Shown here piece by piece: positions 7,654 to 15,846 of a DNA stretch of 15,846 bases. The position numbers and the translations under genes were made by a program. How positions within the stretch are numbered: the stretch's first letter is position 1; each line of letters opens with the position of its first letter. The notes under the pieces are model-generated. The model saw nothing but the letters and a program-made list of their open reading frames with translations. It made no database searches and had not been told where the DNA came from. This DNA is from Coraliomargaritaceae bacterium (GTDB lineage Bacteria > Verrucomicrobiota > Verrucomicrobiia > Opitutales > Coraliomargaritaceae). Where the stretch lies: assembly GCA_965656495.1 (NCBI GenBank), contig CBFHKU010000019.1, positions 1 through 15,846 on the forward strand. Reading direction: 5' to 3'.

Positions 7654-7694
7654 GCATTTTTTTTGAGAGCATCGTGAGAGCGTTCTCAGGATGC

Positions 7695-7820
7695 ACCGTG
7701 CTTCAGCCCGCGCCCGACCGACACACACGCTCACACAACGTTAACTGCGGCTAAAGCACGCAGCTACAACTAACGGTACGCGGTGTGCTCGGTTGAGCCT
7801 GTCGAAACCTTCAGCCCGCG
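7695..7820 (+). repeat. BIME-like repeat: one insert-less 85-bp unit plus REP-A with the 23-bp insert
   Basis: GTGCTTCAGCCCGCG at 7698-7712 has no insert, REP-B lies at 7745-7767, and the next anchor is at 7780 with the insert at 7786-7808. Confidence 0.88.
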
Positions 7821-7843
7821 TTCCGCTTGAGAACTCTGAGACT

Positions 7844-9163
7844 TTATTCGGCGGCACTGTCCTCAAAGGTGCCCATCTTCTCGAGAAAGAGATTCCAGTC
7901 TTCTGTCGCATGCCAGAGCTTTGCCTGCTCGTGGCAATCGTAGGTCCAGAACAGCATGCCGTTCACTTTTACCTGCTGAGCCAAGTCGCGAACAATCACC
8001 ATGTTGTCGAGCGCTTCCTCAAAGGTTTTCTCCATAAAATCAAAGGCGCCGAACTCCCCGACGATGACCGGCTTGGATTTGCGGATCACGGCCATTTCAG
8101 GGGCGAAGAATCCAGTGGAGGCTAAGCTATGTTTAAACGCCGCCTCAACAGTCTGCCTGCCATTGTGGCGGTAGAAATGGACATCGAGGAAATCGAGTGG
8201 GCTTTCACCGAGGCTCGTGAGCGTGGGCGGATAACGCTTGTCTCTATATTTCGCAGGCCACAGACCGGCCGCTTCCTTGGGATCCTTGCCGACCGCCGCG
8301 GGAACAAAGACGCCCTCTGCCACGAGCATCTCAGGGTCAATCGCCTTCACTGCCTCCACCATCCGCTTATAGTAATAACGATACCCCTCGTCCATCAAAG
8401 CTTGGCGTGATTCGCGACTCGATAAGTCGTAGCTTTTTCCATTCGCCGCAGTGAAGCTCCCCTTCGTTTCTGAGAACGGAAACTGATTGGCGCGCAAATA
8501 CGCCTCGTTCTGGCACTGCAAGCCCAACAGGGTTGGCAGCACTGCGGGCTCCTTGGTTTTGAGATACGCAAGAAAGGATGTAATGTATTCAACCCGTGCA
8601 TCCACACCGTTTTTGGAAAGCACCAGCAGGTTCTTCTCATGATTACCCGCACCGAACAAACTCAGGTAATACGCATTGTTTGGTAATTCTCCGTCTCCGA
8701 ACGTTGGAAAAACACGGATATTGTGGCGGGTCGCACGGCGCAGAAAATCGAGCACGTTTTCCATGTAGGGCTCATAGAGCCCTTGGGTGGTCGTGTAATC
8801 CCCGCCAATACCGGGATTGAAGGAGTTACGACCGATGATAAACACACGCACCGTGTTGTAGCCTGCGTCTTCCAAGGTCTGGAACATCGCCTCGGCGCGG
8901 TCGGGTTCATAAGCAGCTTGGGTGAACTCCGTATCGGCATCGAAGGTGGAATGATCCCCACCGGGTCTTCCATCCCTCGAACGGAGACGGATGTAATTGA
9001 AGCCCGTCACATAAAAGGGCTTCCCGGATTCCTTGAGCACAAACTGCGCCCCGCCCTCTCCGGTCTCGATGCCTATCCGCTCAAGCGGTTCAAGCGAACG
9101 GCAGTCTGCCGTTGTGGCCATTGAGATCGCTAAACCACATTTTAAATAAGTCATAATTTTCAT
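7844..9163 (-). CDS. Clan GH-A (GH5-like, cellulase family) glycoside hydrolase
   Basis: GFNY, GYNTVRVF, acid/base CQNEAY, LDFLDVHFY, nucleophile KPVIVGEFG and GMLFWTY. Start placed at ATG 9163 (AGGA 5 nt upstream) because the ORF-track GTG at 9226 lies inside a REP remnant. Confidence 0.8.
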   Translation of the reverse strand: MKIMTYLKCGLAISMATTADCRSLEPLERIGIETGEGGAQFVLKESGKPFYVTGFNYIRLRSRDGRPGGDHSTFDADTEFTQAAYEPDRAEAMFQTLEDAGYNTVRVFIIGRNSFNPGIGGDYTTTQGLYEPYMENVLDFLRRATRHNIRVFPTFGDGELPNNAYYLSLFGAGNHEKNLLVLSKNGVDARVEYITSFLAYLKTKEPAVLPTLLGLQCQNEAYLRANQFPFSETKGSFTAANGKSYDLSSRESRQALMDEGYRYYYKRMVEAVKAIDPEMLVAEGVFVPAAVGKDPKEAAGLWPAKYRDKRYPPTLTSLGESPLDFLDVHFYRHNGRQTVEAAFKHSLASTGFFAPEMAVIRKSKPVIVGEFGAFDFMEKTFEEALDNMVIVRDLAQQVKVNGMLFWTYDCHEQAKLWHATEDWNLFLEKMGTFEDSAAE

Positions 9164-9216
9164 GGGCGTCCTGCGACAAGTAACATACAACCTTTCGTTA
9201 TTATTCAACCTTTTGC

Positions 9217-9242
9217 AAACTGCCACTAAAGCACGCCGCTAC
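9217..9242 (+). repeat. Decayed REP-B half-unit
   Basis: AAACTGCCACTAAAGCACGCCGCTAC versus consensus AAACTGCGGCTAAAGCACGCAGCTAC (23/26 identical). Confidence 0.75.
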
Positions 9243-9328
9243 CGCAAACTGAACCATTCATACCCGATCGAGATTGCCAAGAACACCATTACTGAACCGC
9301 ATCGCGATAAGTGAGCACTTCGCCTCCC

Positions 9329-10111
9329 CTATTCGCTCAACATCTCTTCCTCTTCCCGCGCGAGCTCTTCGGCCGTCAGGCCTTGGCCTGAGGCTAGCAT
9401 TGAATCGTAGGCATAGGTAAAGGACACCGGATAGCGCGACTTCCTTTTCGAATCAGATGCTGTCTTGGATATAAAGAAAAGGACACGGCCTTGATTCATC
9501 AATGGAACATGGCTATTTTGTACCAAGCGCAAGCGCCCATTCTGCTCCACTGCAAACTTGGTCCGCAGCGATTCTTTTTTTGCATATTCGTATGTGTATG
9601 GCACTTGATGGCGGGCTCCCTTTTGGATGATTTGACGCTGTCCATCAATCTGAGCGAAAACAGGAGAAGAAGTCAGGTTTAAGAAGGTCGCGGTGTTTTC
9701 CGGGAAGTCATCTTTGGAAAAAGGCAATGAAATTGCGTCATAGCCCTCCCCCCTTTTTCGTAAAATCAACAAAATATCCTTAACGCCCGGCTTTAAGGGG
9801 ACTACTGCCATCGGGTTGCCCAGCTTGCTTCCCTGTTTGGTCGCATGATACAACTTCAGTGGGTTGGTGCTGCGCACCTTGATAACCGTACTGATGATTT
9901 TCTGGCTTGCGACCAATGAAACCAATTCACCGTCGGGCTCCTGCACGACTGCCCTGACATTCCCATCCCACCCCAAACACTGCAAATTAATATTTATAAT
10001 CTTGCCCGACTGCGCAACCAAAGCGCTCGTCGCAAAGAGAACAAAGATAAGGCAAAGGCGCACGGTAAGTGAGATAAATTGGTTGAGTTGCAACATGGTA
10101 TTTTGAGGCAT
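9329..10111 (-). CDS. Secreted hypothetical protein, likely partner of the upstream PilX-like protein
   Basis: 260 aa with a hydrophobic signal peptide ending ALVA-Q and a beta-strand-like body. It starts 11 bp after the upstream stop, so it is probably in the same operon. Confidence 0.75.
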   Translation of the reverse strand: MPQNTMLQLNQFISLTVRLCLIFVLFATSALVAQSGKIININLQCLGWDGNVRAVVQEPDGELVSLVASQKIISTVIKVRSTNPLKLYHATKQGSKLGNPMAVVPLKPGVKDILLILRKRGEGYDAISLPFSKDDFPENTATFLNLTSSPVFAQIDGQRQIIQKGARHQVPYTYEYAKKESLRTKFAVEQNGRLRLVQNSHVPLMNQGRVLFFISKTASDSKRKSRYPVSFTYAYDSMLASGQGLTAEELAREEEEMLSE

Positions 10112-10122
10112 TGAGGGATGGC

Positions 10123-13100
10123 TTAGGGTAACTGCAGTTGCTTCAAGTCCAACCAGCGCATGCCAACAATCTTAAAGTGTCGCCCAAAGTTCTGGTTCAG
10201 CGCGATAGTAGTATTATTAGGATGAACCGAGGCTTCGTCCGTTGAATCCACATAGTCCGGCATGCGCTGCACCGTCATCTCTAAGGCAACGCGCGCAGCC
10301 TTATCACCAATTGAGTTACGGTGTTCTCCATAGGTTAAAATCGTAAATGTATCTGAACGCGTCGTTAGATAGGGACCGATGGCGGTTAGGACATCTGCCT
10401 GAGACAGCATCCCCGGGAGCCCTTCTATACTACTGCCCTCAAGTGTATAACTCGGAGAAAAATCGACAAAGCCGGTCATCTTGGGATTTGTTGGAATACT
10501 CTCGGCATCCGCAATCGCGGCATTGATTCCGCTTTTGTCGATTGCAGCCTGTAAGGCTCCAGATTCATTCAAGCTGGAATCGTCACCGGGATCCAGCACA
10601 CGCTTGCGATTCACAAAGTCCGCCAAGGAAGCAAATGGCCCACGTTGCTTCACTTGCTCAACGATCGCTTCAGCCAGTTTATCCAAAGGACTTGGCCCGC
10701 CAGCGCCGCCGGCAAGCGTTCCCACCTCGGAATAACCGCTCGACAGCTCATTAATTTGCCCTAAATCCTGTGAAAATAATCGAAAGAACGGCGATTCCAG
10801 AGGCGTCCCATCCGCCCCTTCGTAGCGCTGGTGATTGCCTGCCAGCAGTGCTTTCCATGCCTTCACAGATGTGGAATTTACATTGAATGCGCCTTGAACC
10901 ATCAAGTTTGCCGCCGCCTCGTCAGGGTCCTGCAAATCGACCAGCGCAGCGCCACCGATCGGCTGCATGCGGGGATTTGGCAAAGGCGTGCCCGCGTCGA
11001 GCTCAGCTTGGGTGAGTTGCGCGGTGGTTGAAAAAAAGTAGCGATCCCAGAGGGCATCATTGAAAATATACGAAAGGTCGATCGTGGAATAATCCACCGT
11101 GCCCTCGACTTCGTTCAGCTCATCCAACCAAGAGATCACCCCAAGCCCTGCATGAAAGAGTTCCTCCCCCGCCAAATGCGGTGAGCGCAATGAATTACCG
11201 ATCGCATAGCCCGCTTCGTCAAAGTAATCGGATAGCTGGAAGTGCTGTAATTGCCCCAAGGAATAGAGCCCCGTAGCATCGTACGGCACATCATAGAGCA
11301 CCATCGTATTGGCGATGGGGTTGCGCAAACCGCCCCCAATACGCACTTTGCTGTCTTCCGAACCATAGGTATCAAGGACACCCAAACTATTGTCCTGCAA
11401 ATCGCTGACCCGCACATCATAAAAATAGTTTTCCGTCGGTTCCGTCACTGCAGTGTCCGCATCTCGACCATTGGCTTTGCGGGTTTTCAGATCACTACGC
11501 TCCATAATTTTTGCGCGCGGATTGAAGTATTTATACGGGTTGTAAGCCCGATCAGGGCTTAGCGGATCGATCAGATCGTAAGCCACCATACGCCATGTGG
11601 CTGAGTTCACGCCCGGATTCACCGGGTGGCCATTACTGTAGTAAATGCGGTCCGTATTCTTTGAGAAATCGTTTTTGTAGTTAAATTCGATGCGCCCCGT
11701 TGTTTGAAAGATTCGATCTTCAAAGTCAGCTCCCGCTTGTCGCGCCATATAAGATCGACGTTTATTATTATGATAAAAAAGTGATGCGACGTCTTCGCCT
11801 TCCTGATCCGTCACTGAATCAAGCACACTGAGAGTCGCGTCAAAGAATCCAGCATCATTAACAGCACTACCAGCGTTCTTGATACGCACATTAACCCGGT
11901 CCTCCCCGCGAGTAGTTGGGTCTGCTCCACCATAATCCTTAGGAAGCAGTCGCCAATTCGGACTGGTCGGATAAAGATAATAGGAAGTGCGCAGGCCGGG
12001 TGTCAGCGCAAAGCCTACATTGGATACAGGTGCCATACGGTCGAAAGGAATACGTTGGCCAGGGACTGGTTCTGATGGTGGCGTAAACACAATCGCCTCG
12101 CCCGGCTGCATGACAATATTACAATCGAGCTCAAAACGCGGTGCCCCCGGAGGATAATTCTTAGTATCCCCCCATGTGGAAGGTTCACCAGCTCTTTGAC
12201 GGGTTGTTGACTCATCATCGGAAATTTCCTTTCTCAAATTGCCTTGATTCGTGCGTTTCCTAAGATGCCCCCATGATAGCTGTAAAAAGGCCTCTCGTTC
12301 GCCACCTTGAGGCGCGCCTAAGCCATCTTCATTTGTCCAGATATAGTCCGGATTATTACTGTATACAAGTTCACATGAACGAGGAGAATTTTGCGGAATG
12401 TGACTATTACCCTCGCTATCAAATCGGGGTGCAAGACCAAAGAAATTGACCATGTATTTTTGAGGTGCAAGCGGCACATTGTAAGGGTTGTGCAGCACTA
12501 CTTCCGGCTGAAATACGACTTCTATTACCGGAACTGGATCGGCGCCTGTCGGCAACGTGTCCAGCTTTGTTCCTGTCGCCACAGTAAAGCTACACATGGC
12601 AATGCGGGGGCTAATGCCGGGCTGCGCATTTGTGCTGGGCTGCGGCGTTAGCTGCCCATCAGCCACCATCGTGTCCTTTAAATCGTAGAAGGCTTTTAAC
12701 TTTCCCCAGGTCGGCGATGCGGTGGTGTAATTATTCTGCGGGATGGGCGTGCCATCCAAGTTCGTGTAGGGAGAAAAATCCACCCATGGCGTTGCGTCAT
12801 CCACCGCCACTTTTTCCAGTTTGCTGGTCAGGTCCACCTTCAAGCCACCGTCGCGTGCGTTCGTCAACAAGCCGTAATTGCCCGCAGTAAGTGCTCCCGC
12901 AGATGCCTCAAGCTGCGTGGTGTCCCCATTATCGATCGCACCGTCGATGAGTGGCAATTCTGCCAGATAACTCAACTTACTCAAAGCCGGATCTTGCGGG
13001 TCAATTTTATCCAAGCCCAAGACCCCAAGATTATAATGGCCACCGAGCACCCCTGATCCCTCAAGGTTCGTAGAGGATGGATCCGTCGGCCGCGCGATTC

Positions 13101-13695
13101 CCACATCGGCCCGCTCCTGCTGCCCCAGCACCCAATATGCGAAACCATTGTGCCGCTGCGCATCCATATACACGAGTGGCACCTCAACATAATCCGCAGC
13201 ATTGCTGCTCGTAGCAAAGGGACTGGTGGGAAACGCGATACCTGCCCCCGTCAACGGTGTAGCGGGATCGAGAAAAGTCGCCCGATTTTTACCATGATTC
13301 CCACTGACCAACCAAGTCTGCCACTCATAAGTATCCGTTACCGCGTCATAGCTTCGAACTCCCATCCATTGTGGATGCACCACGCCGTCAATCGCCGGAG
13401 TCGCCGGATCGGCGTCCTCAATGCCCGCACTCGCGGTGCTGCACTGATCCACTCCACTATGCCGCTGCAATTCCCCAAGCGCAATGAGCGCTCCCAGCAA
13501 GGCATTCTGCTCGGCATGTAGTCGTTGGGTCGTGACCTGGGCGGACTGTGTCTCCACTTGCACCAGCGTGGTCATCGACACCAACAGCAGCAAAATAAAA
13601 GCCATCAGGCCGAGCGCAATCACCAAGGCGAAACCGCCCTGCGACTGCGATGCGTGAGGAGTATCAGCGTGCGAGGTGGAGCGTTTGAAATGCAT
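10123..13695 (-). CDS. Large PilX/GspK-like prepilin-type protein (Verru_Chthon cassette protein A-like)
   Basis: 1190 aa. It has a class III signal SQGG|FALVIALGLMAFILLLLVSM with no Glu+5, as in PilX/GspK, followed by AEQNALLGALIALGELQ..G.DQ. GLLTNARDGGLKVDLT, LWDRYFFST, GAFNVNSTSVKAWKALL, RGPFASLADFVNR and the C-terminal LTTRSDTFTILTYGE...FGRHFKIV match my recollection of this verrucomicrobial family. Confidence 0.8.
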   Translation of the reverse strand: MHFKRSTSHADTPHASQSQGGFALVIALGLMAFILLLLVSMTTLVQVETQSAQVTTQRLHAEQNALLGALIALGELQRHSGVDQCSTASAGIEDADPATPAIDGVVHPQWMGVRSYDAVTDTYEWQTWLVSGNHGKNRATFLDPATPLTGAGIAFPTSPFATSSNAADYVEVPLVYMDAQRHNGFAYWVLGQQERADVGIARPTDPSSTNLEGSGVLGGHYNLGVLGLDKIDPQDPALSKLSYLAELPLIDGAIDNGDTTQLEASAGALTAGNYGLLTNARDGGLKVDLTSKLEKVAVDDATPWVDFSPYTNLDGTPIPQNNYTTASPTWGKLKAFYDLKDTMVADGQLTPQPSTNAQPGISPRIAMCSFTVATGTKLDTLPTGADPVPVIEVVFQPEVVLHNPYNVPLAPQKYMVNFFGLAPRFDSEGNSHIPQNSPRSCELVYSNNPDYIWTNEDGLGAPQGGEREAFLQLSWGHLRKRTNQGNLRKEISDDESTTRQRAGEPSTWGDTKNYPPGAPRFELDCNIVMQPGEAIVFTPPSEPVPGQRIPFDRMAPVSNVGFALTPGLRTSYYLYPTSPNWRLLPKDYGGADPTTRGEDRVNVRIKNAGSAVNDAGFFDATLSVLDSVTDQEGEDVASLFYHNNKRRSYMARQAGADFEDRIFQTTGRIEFNYKNDFSKNTDRIYYSNGHPVNPGVNSATWRMVAYDLIDPLSPDRAYNPYKYFNPRAKIMERSDLKTRKANGRDADTAVTEPTENYFYDVRVSDLQDNSLGVLDTYGSEDSKVRIGGGLRNPIANTMVLYDVPYDATGLYSLGQLQHFQLSDYFDEAGYAIGNSLRSPHLAGEELFHAGLGVISWLDELNEVEGTVDYSTIDLSYIFNDALWDRYFFSTTAQLTQAELDAGTPLPNPRMQPIGGAALVDLQDPDEAAANLMVQGAFNVNSTSVKAWKALLAGNHQRYEGADGTPLESPFFRLFSQDLGQINELSSGYSEVGTLAGGAGGPSPLDKLAEAIVEQVKQRGPFASLADFVNRKRVLDPGDDSSLNESGALQAAIDKSGINAAIADAESIPTNPKMTGFVDFSPSYTLEGSSIEGLPGMLSQADVLTAIGPYLTTRSDTFTILTYGEHRNSIGDKAARVALEMTVQRMPDYVDSTDEASVHPNNTTIALNQNFGRHFKIVGMRWLDLKQLQLP

Positions 13696-13805
13696 CAGAA
13701 CAAGTATTATATGGCGGAAAAGGATCCGATGATGGTTATGTATTTATTACAATTAAGTATTATTTACGACGCAAGTAAAAAGATTACAAGGTATAATAAA
13801 AAAAC
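13696..13805 (-). promoter_or_regulatory. AT-rich putative promoter region of the PilX-like operon
   Basis: Minus-strand TATAAT at 13711-13706, 10 nt before the ATG. AAGTATTAT is repeated (13702, 13755) and ATTACAA is repeated (13746, 13783). Confidence 0.4.
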
Positions 13806-13844
13806 ACCAACGACTGCAGCATGTAGGAGACAAGCACTCTTAGA

Positions 13845-13883
13845 CGGTGTGCTCGGTTGTGTCTGTCACGACCTTCAGTCCGC
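13845..13883 (+). repeat. Decayed REP-A half-unit with the 23-bp insert
   Basis: CGGTGTGCTCGGTTGTGTCTGTCACGACCTTCAGTCCGC aligns without gaps to CGGTGTGCTCGGTTGAGCCTGTCGAAACCTTCAGCCCGC. It ends 8 bp from the MFS stop codon. Confidence 0.8.
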
Positions 13884-13891
13884 ATTTTGAA

Positions 13892-15334
13892 TTAGGCTTC
13901 AGCCGCCGCATGGCGCTCGGCCAACTGTTCTTTCACCAACTCGGCATCCTTCTCCGTGAAGGGGTAACGGAACACGAAATATCCGCCTGTTAAGGTGAAA
14001 ATGGACGGCAGCAAGGTGAAGAGAAGTCGCATATTTAAAACTGCTTCCGGCGTTTGCACATCGGCGGTGTCGGAAATCCCTGCCACGTTGATCAACCACC
14101 CACTGGCGGCGACGGCGATAGTCACACCGACTTTGAGTAACCATGCGGAAGTGGCGCTGTACATCCCTTCACGACGCGTCCCAGTTTCGAGATCATCCCG
14201 GTCGCAGATGTCGGCGTACATTGATGGAACAATGGTCCAGACCAGGACTAGGCCGGGGTAGATGATCAACGACAGCCAGACCTGAAGGTAGGGGTTTTCG
14301 GGAACATAGAAATACCATTTAATGAGCTGCCCGATGACAATCAGAGCAATTCCACCGATCAAAGTTTGTTTTTTGCCGTAGCGGCTGGCACACCAGGAGA
14401 TGATCGGCACGGCCACCAAGCTTGCGATTGCACCAACAGTCCCTCCCCAGGCCATGACCTTGGACGCGAGTTCCTTGGCCTCTTGAATTGGCAGGTTGCC
14501 ATACACGTAGAACACATTGATGTAGTAGCTCATCGGGCCAACCATCACGACGCCGCCGCAGAACAGCGCCGTAAAGACGCACAAGCCGATGAAGTGCTTA
14601 TTTTTTAAAGTATATTTGGCTGACTTCAGGAAAGGCACTTTCGGCTCCGATTTTGCGGTAACATGTGACTCTTTACAGAAAAACGCGGCCATAATGGCGG
14701 TGAGGGCCATGATGCAGCCCACGATGATACCAACCATGCGGACGCCGATGACCTCGTCGGCAACGCCTTCGACGCGGTTGTTTTTGCCCAAATAAAAAGC
14801 CAGCGGCATGATCCATGGTATAATAAAGGCAGCGCCTTGGGCCAACATGCTACGCGTGGCTTGCACGCTGTTGCGTTCCTTGACGTCTGGCGTGAGGTCG
14901 AGTCCGAGCGCCATCCAGGGGATGTTCCACATAGTAAAAAAGGTGTAGAAGAGCAGGCTCATGACGATGAACCACGTCAGCAATCCAACTTCGCTCCACC
15001 CCGTGTTGGGCATCCAGAGCAAGGCAAAGGTCAAACCGATTCCGATGCCACCGAGCAGGATGTAGGGGCGCCGCCGCCCCCAGCGCGAGCGGGTGTTGTC
15101 ACTGATGTGCCCCATCAGCGGGTCGGCAATGGCATCCCAGACGCGCGGCAAAGCCAGCGCGATACCGATCCAAGTGGCTTTCACGCCCAGTCCAACCGAG
15201 AAAATTGGCATCGCCAGCAACATGAGTGCATTGACCATATCGTTGGTCAATCCACCGAGGCCCCAGGCGATTTTGCGGGGAATGGATACCAGGTGAGCAG
15301 GAGTGGGAGCGGTCTTGGGATCAGATTTCGACAT
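13892..15334 (-). CDS. MFS glycoside-pentoside-hexuronide (GPH, MelB-like) sugar:cation symporter
   Basis: 480 aa with about 12 hydrophobic segments. Family motifs: RVWDAIADPLMGHISDNTRSRWGRRRPY, NIPWMALG..LTPDVKER and YADICDRDDLETGTRREGMY. Confidence 0.92.
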   Translation of the reverse strand: MSKSDPKTAPTPAHLVSIPRKIAWGLGGLTNDMVNALMLLAMPIFSVGLGVKATWIGIALALPRVWDAIADPLMGHISDNTRSRWGRRRPYILLGGIGIGLTFALLWMPNTGWSEVGLLTWFIVMSLLFYTFFTMWNIPWMALGLDLTPDVKERNSVQATRSMLAQGAAFIIPWIMPLAFYLGKNNRVEGVADEVIGVRMVGIIVGCIMALTAIMAAFFCKESHVTAKSEPKVPFLKSAKYTLKNKHFIGLCVFTALFCGGVVMVGPMSYYINVFYVYGNLPIQEAKELASKVMAWGGTVGAIASLVAVPIISWCASRYGKKQTLIGGIALIVIGQLIKWYFYVPENPYLQVWLSLIIYPGLVLVWTIVPSMYADICDRDDLETGTRREGMYSATSAWLLKVGVTIAVAASGWLINVAGISDTADVQTPEAVLNMRLLFTLLPSIFTLTGGYFVFRYPFTEKDAELVKEQLAERHAAAEA

Positions 15335-15424
15335 AGTACGGATTTAATTACAGACTAACATCAATGTATGGCAGTAATCTCAGCGACTAGCAAGGAGAAA
15401 GCGAGATTTCGACCTGGCGCACCT

Positions 15425-15846
15425 TGCTTGGTTAAAACCTCCAGCGTGCGTTGACCCATTCGCAAGCTTACACGACGTAAACTGCATCAACGGTGCGCGG
15501 TGTGCTCGGTTGAGCCGGTCGAAACCTTTAGCCCGCGCCCAATCGACATGCAGACTCACACGACGAAACTGCAGCTAAAGCACGCAGCTACTACATACGG
15601 TGCGCGGTGTGCTCGGTTGAGCCGGTCGAAACCTTTAGCCCGCGCTCGATCGACACGCAGACTTACACGACGAAACTGCGGCTAAAGCACGCAGCTACTA
15701 CATACGGTGCGCGGTGTGCGCGGTTGAGCCGGTCGAAACCTTCAGCCCGCGCCCAATCGACACGCAGACTTACACGACGAAACTGCGGCTAAAGCACGCA
15801 GCTACTACATACGGTGCGCGGTGTGCTCGGTTGAGCCGGTCGAAAC
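15425..15846 (+). repeat. Tandem BIME/REPIN-like array 3 (107-bp units), truncated by the window end
   Basis: A decayed unit at 15425-15485 is followed by anchors at 15497, 15604, 15711 and 15818 (period 107). Array-specific variants are GAGCCGGTC and CATACGGTG. Confidence 0.93.

Noticed and set aside
9164..9226. ORF-track N-terminal extension of the GH5-like gene
   Set aside because: The GTG lies inside the decayed REP-B, whereas ATG 9163 has an SD-like AGGA and gives a plausible, though weak, signal-peptide-like N-terminus.

Overview
The window holds eight minus-strand genes, probably from a Verrucomicrobiota (Opitutales-like) polysaccharide degrader; the taxon is inferred from the protein families. 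In transcription order they are a GPH/MFS sugar symporter, a giant PilX/GspK-like (Verru_Chthon cassette A-like) prepilin protein, a secreted hypothetical partner, a GH5-like hydrolase, a wHTH-MNT/HEPN toxin-antitoxin pair, a GH106 rhamnosidase-like enzyme with an extra C-terminal domain, and an AAA_14/DUF4143 ATPase. The most striking feature is non-coding. Every gap between genes or operons carries the same 85/107/108-bp repeat, always in the same orientation. The unit is a BIME/REPIN-like pair of inverted 23-nt G(T/G)AG-tagged REP-like palindromes. Most copies carry a precise 23-bp hairpin of a different family inside one REP. A second, unrelated 33-bp hairpin also shows a filled-versus-empty site pair within the window. 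The two accessory, defence-like modules are each flanked by repeats of one shared sub-variant, suggesting the repeat array is a gene capture/loss hotspot. No transposase, RAYT, integrase, cas or RNA gene is visible.
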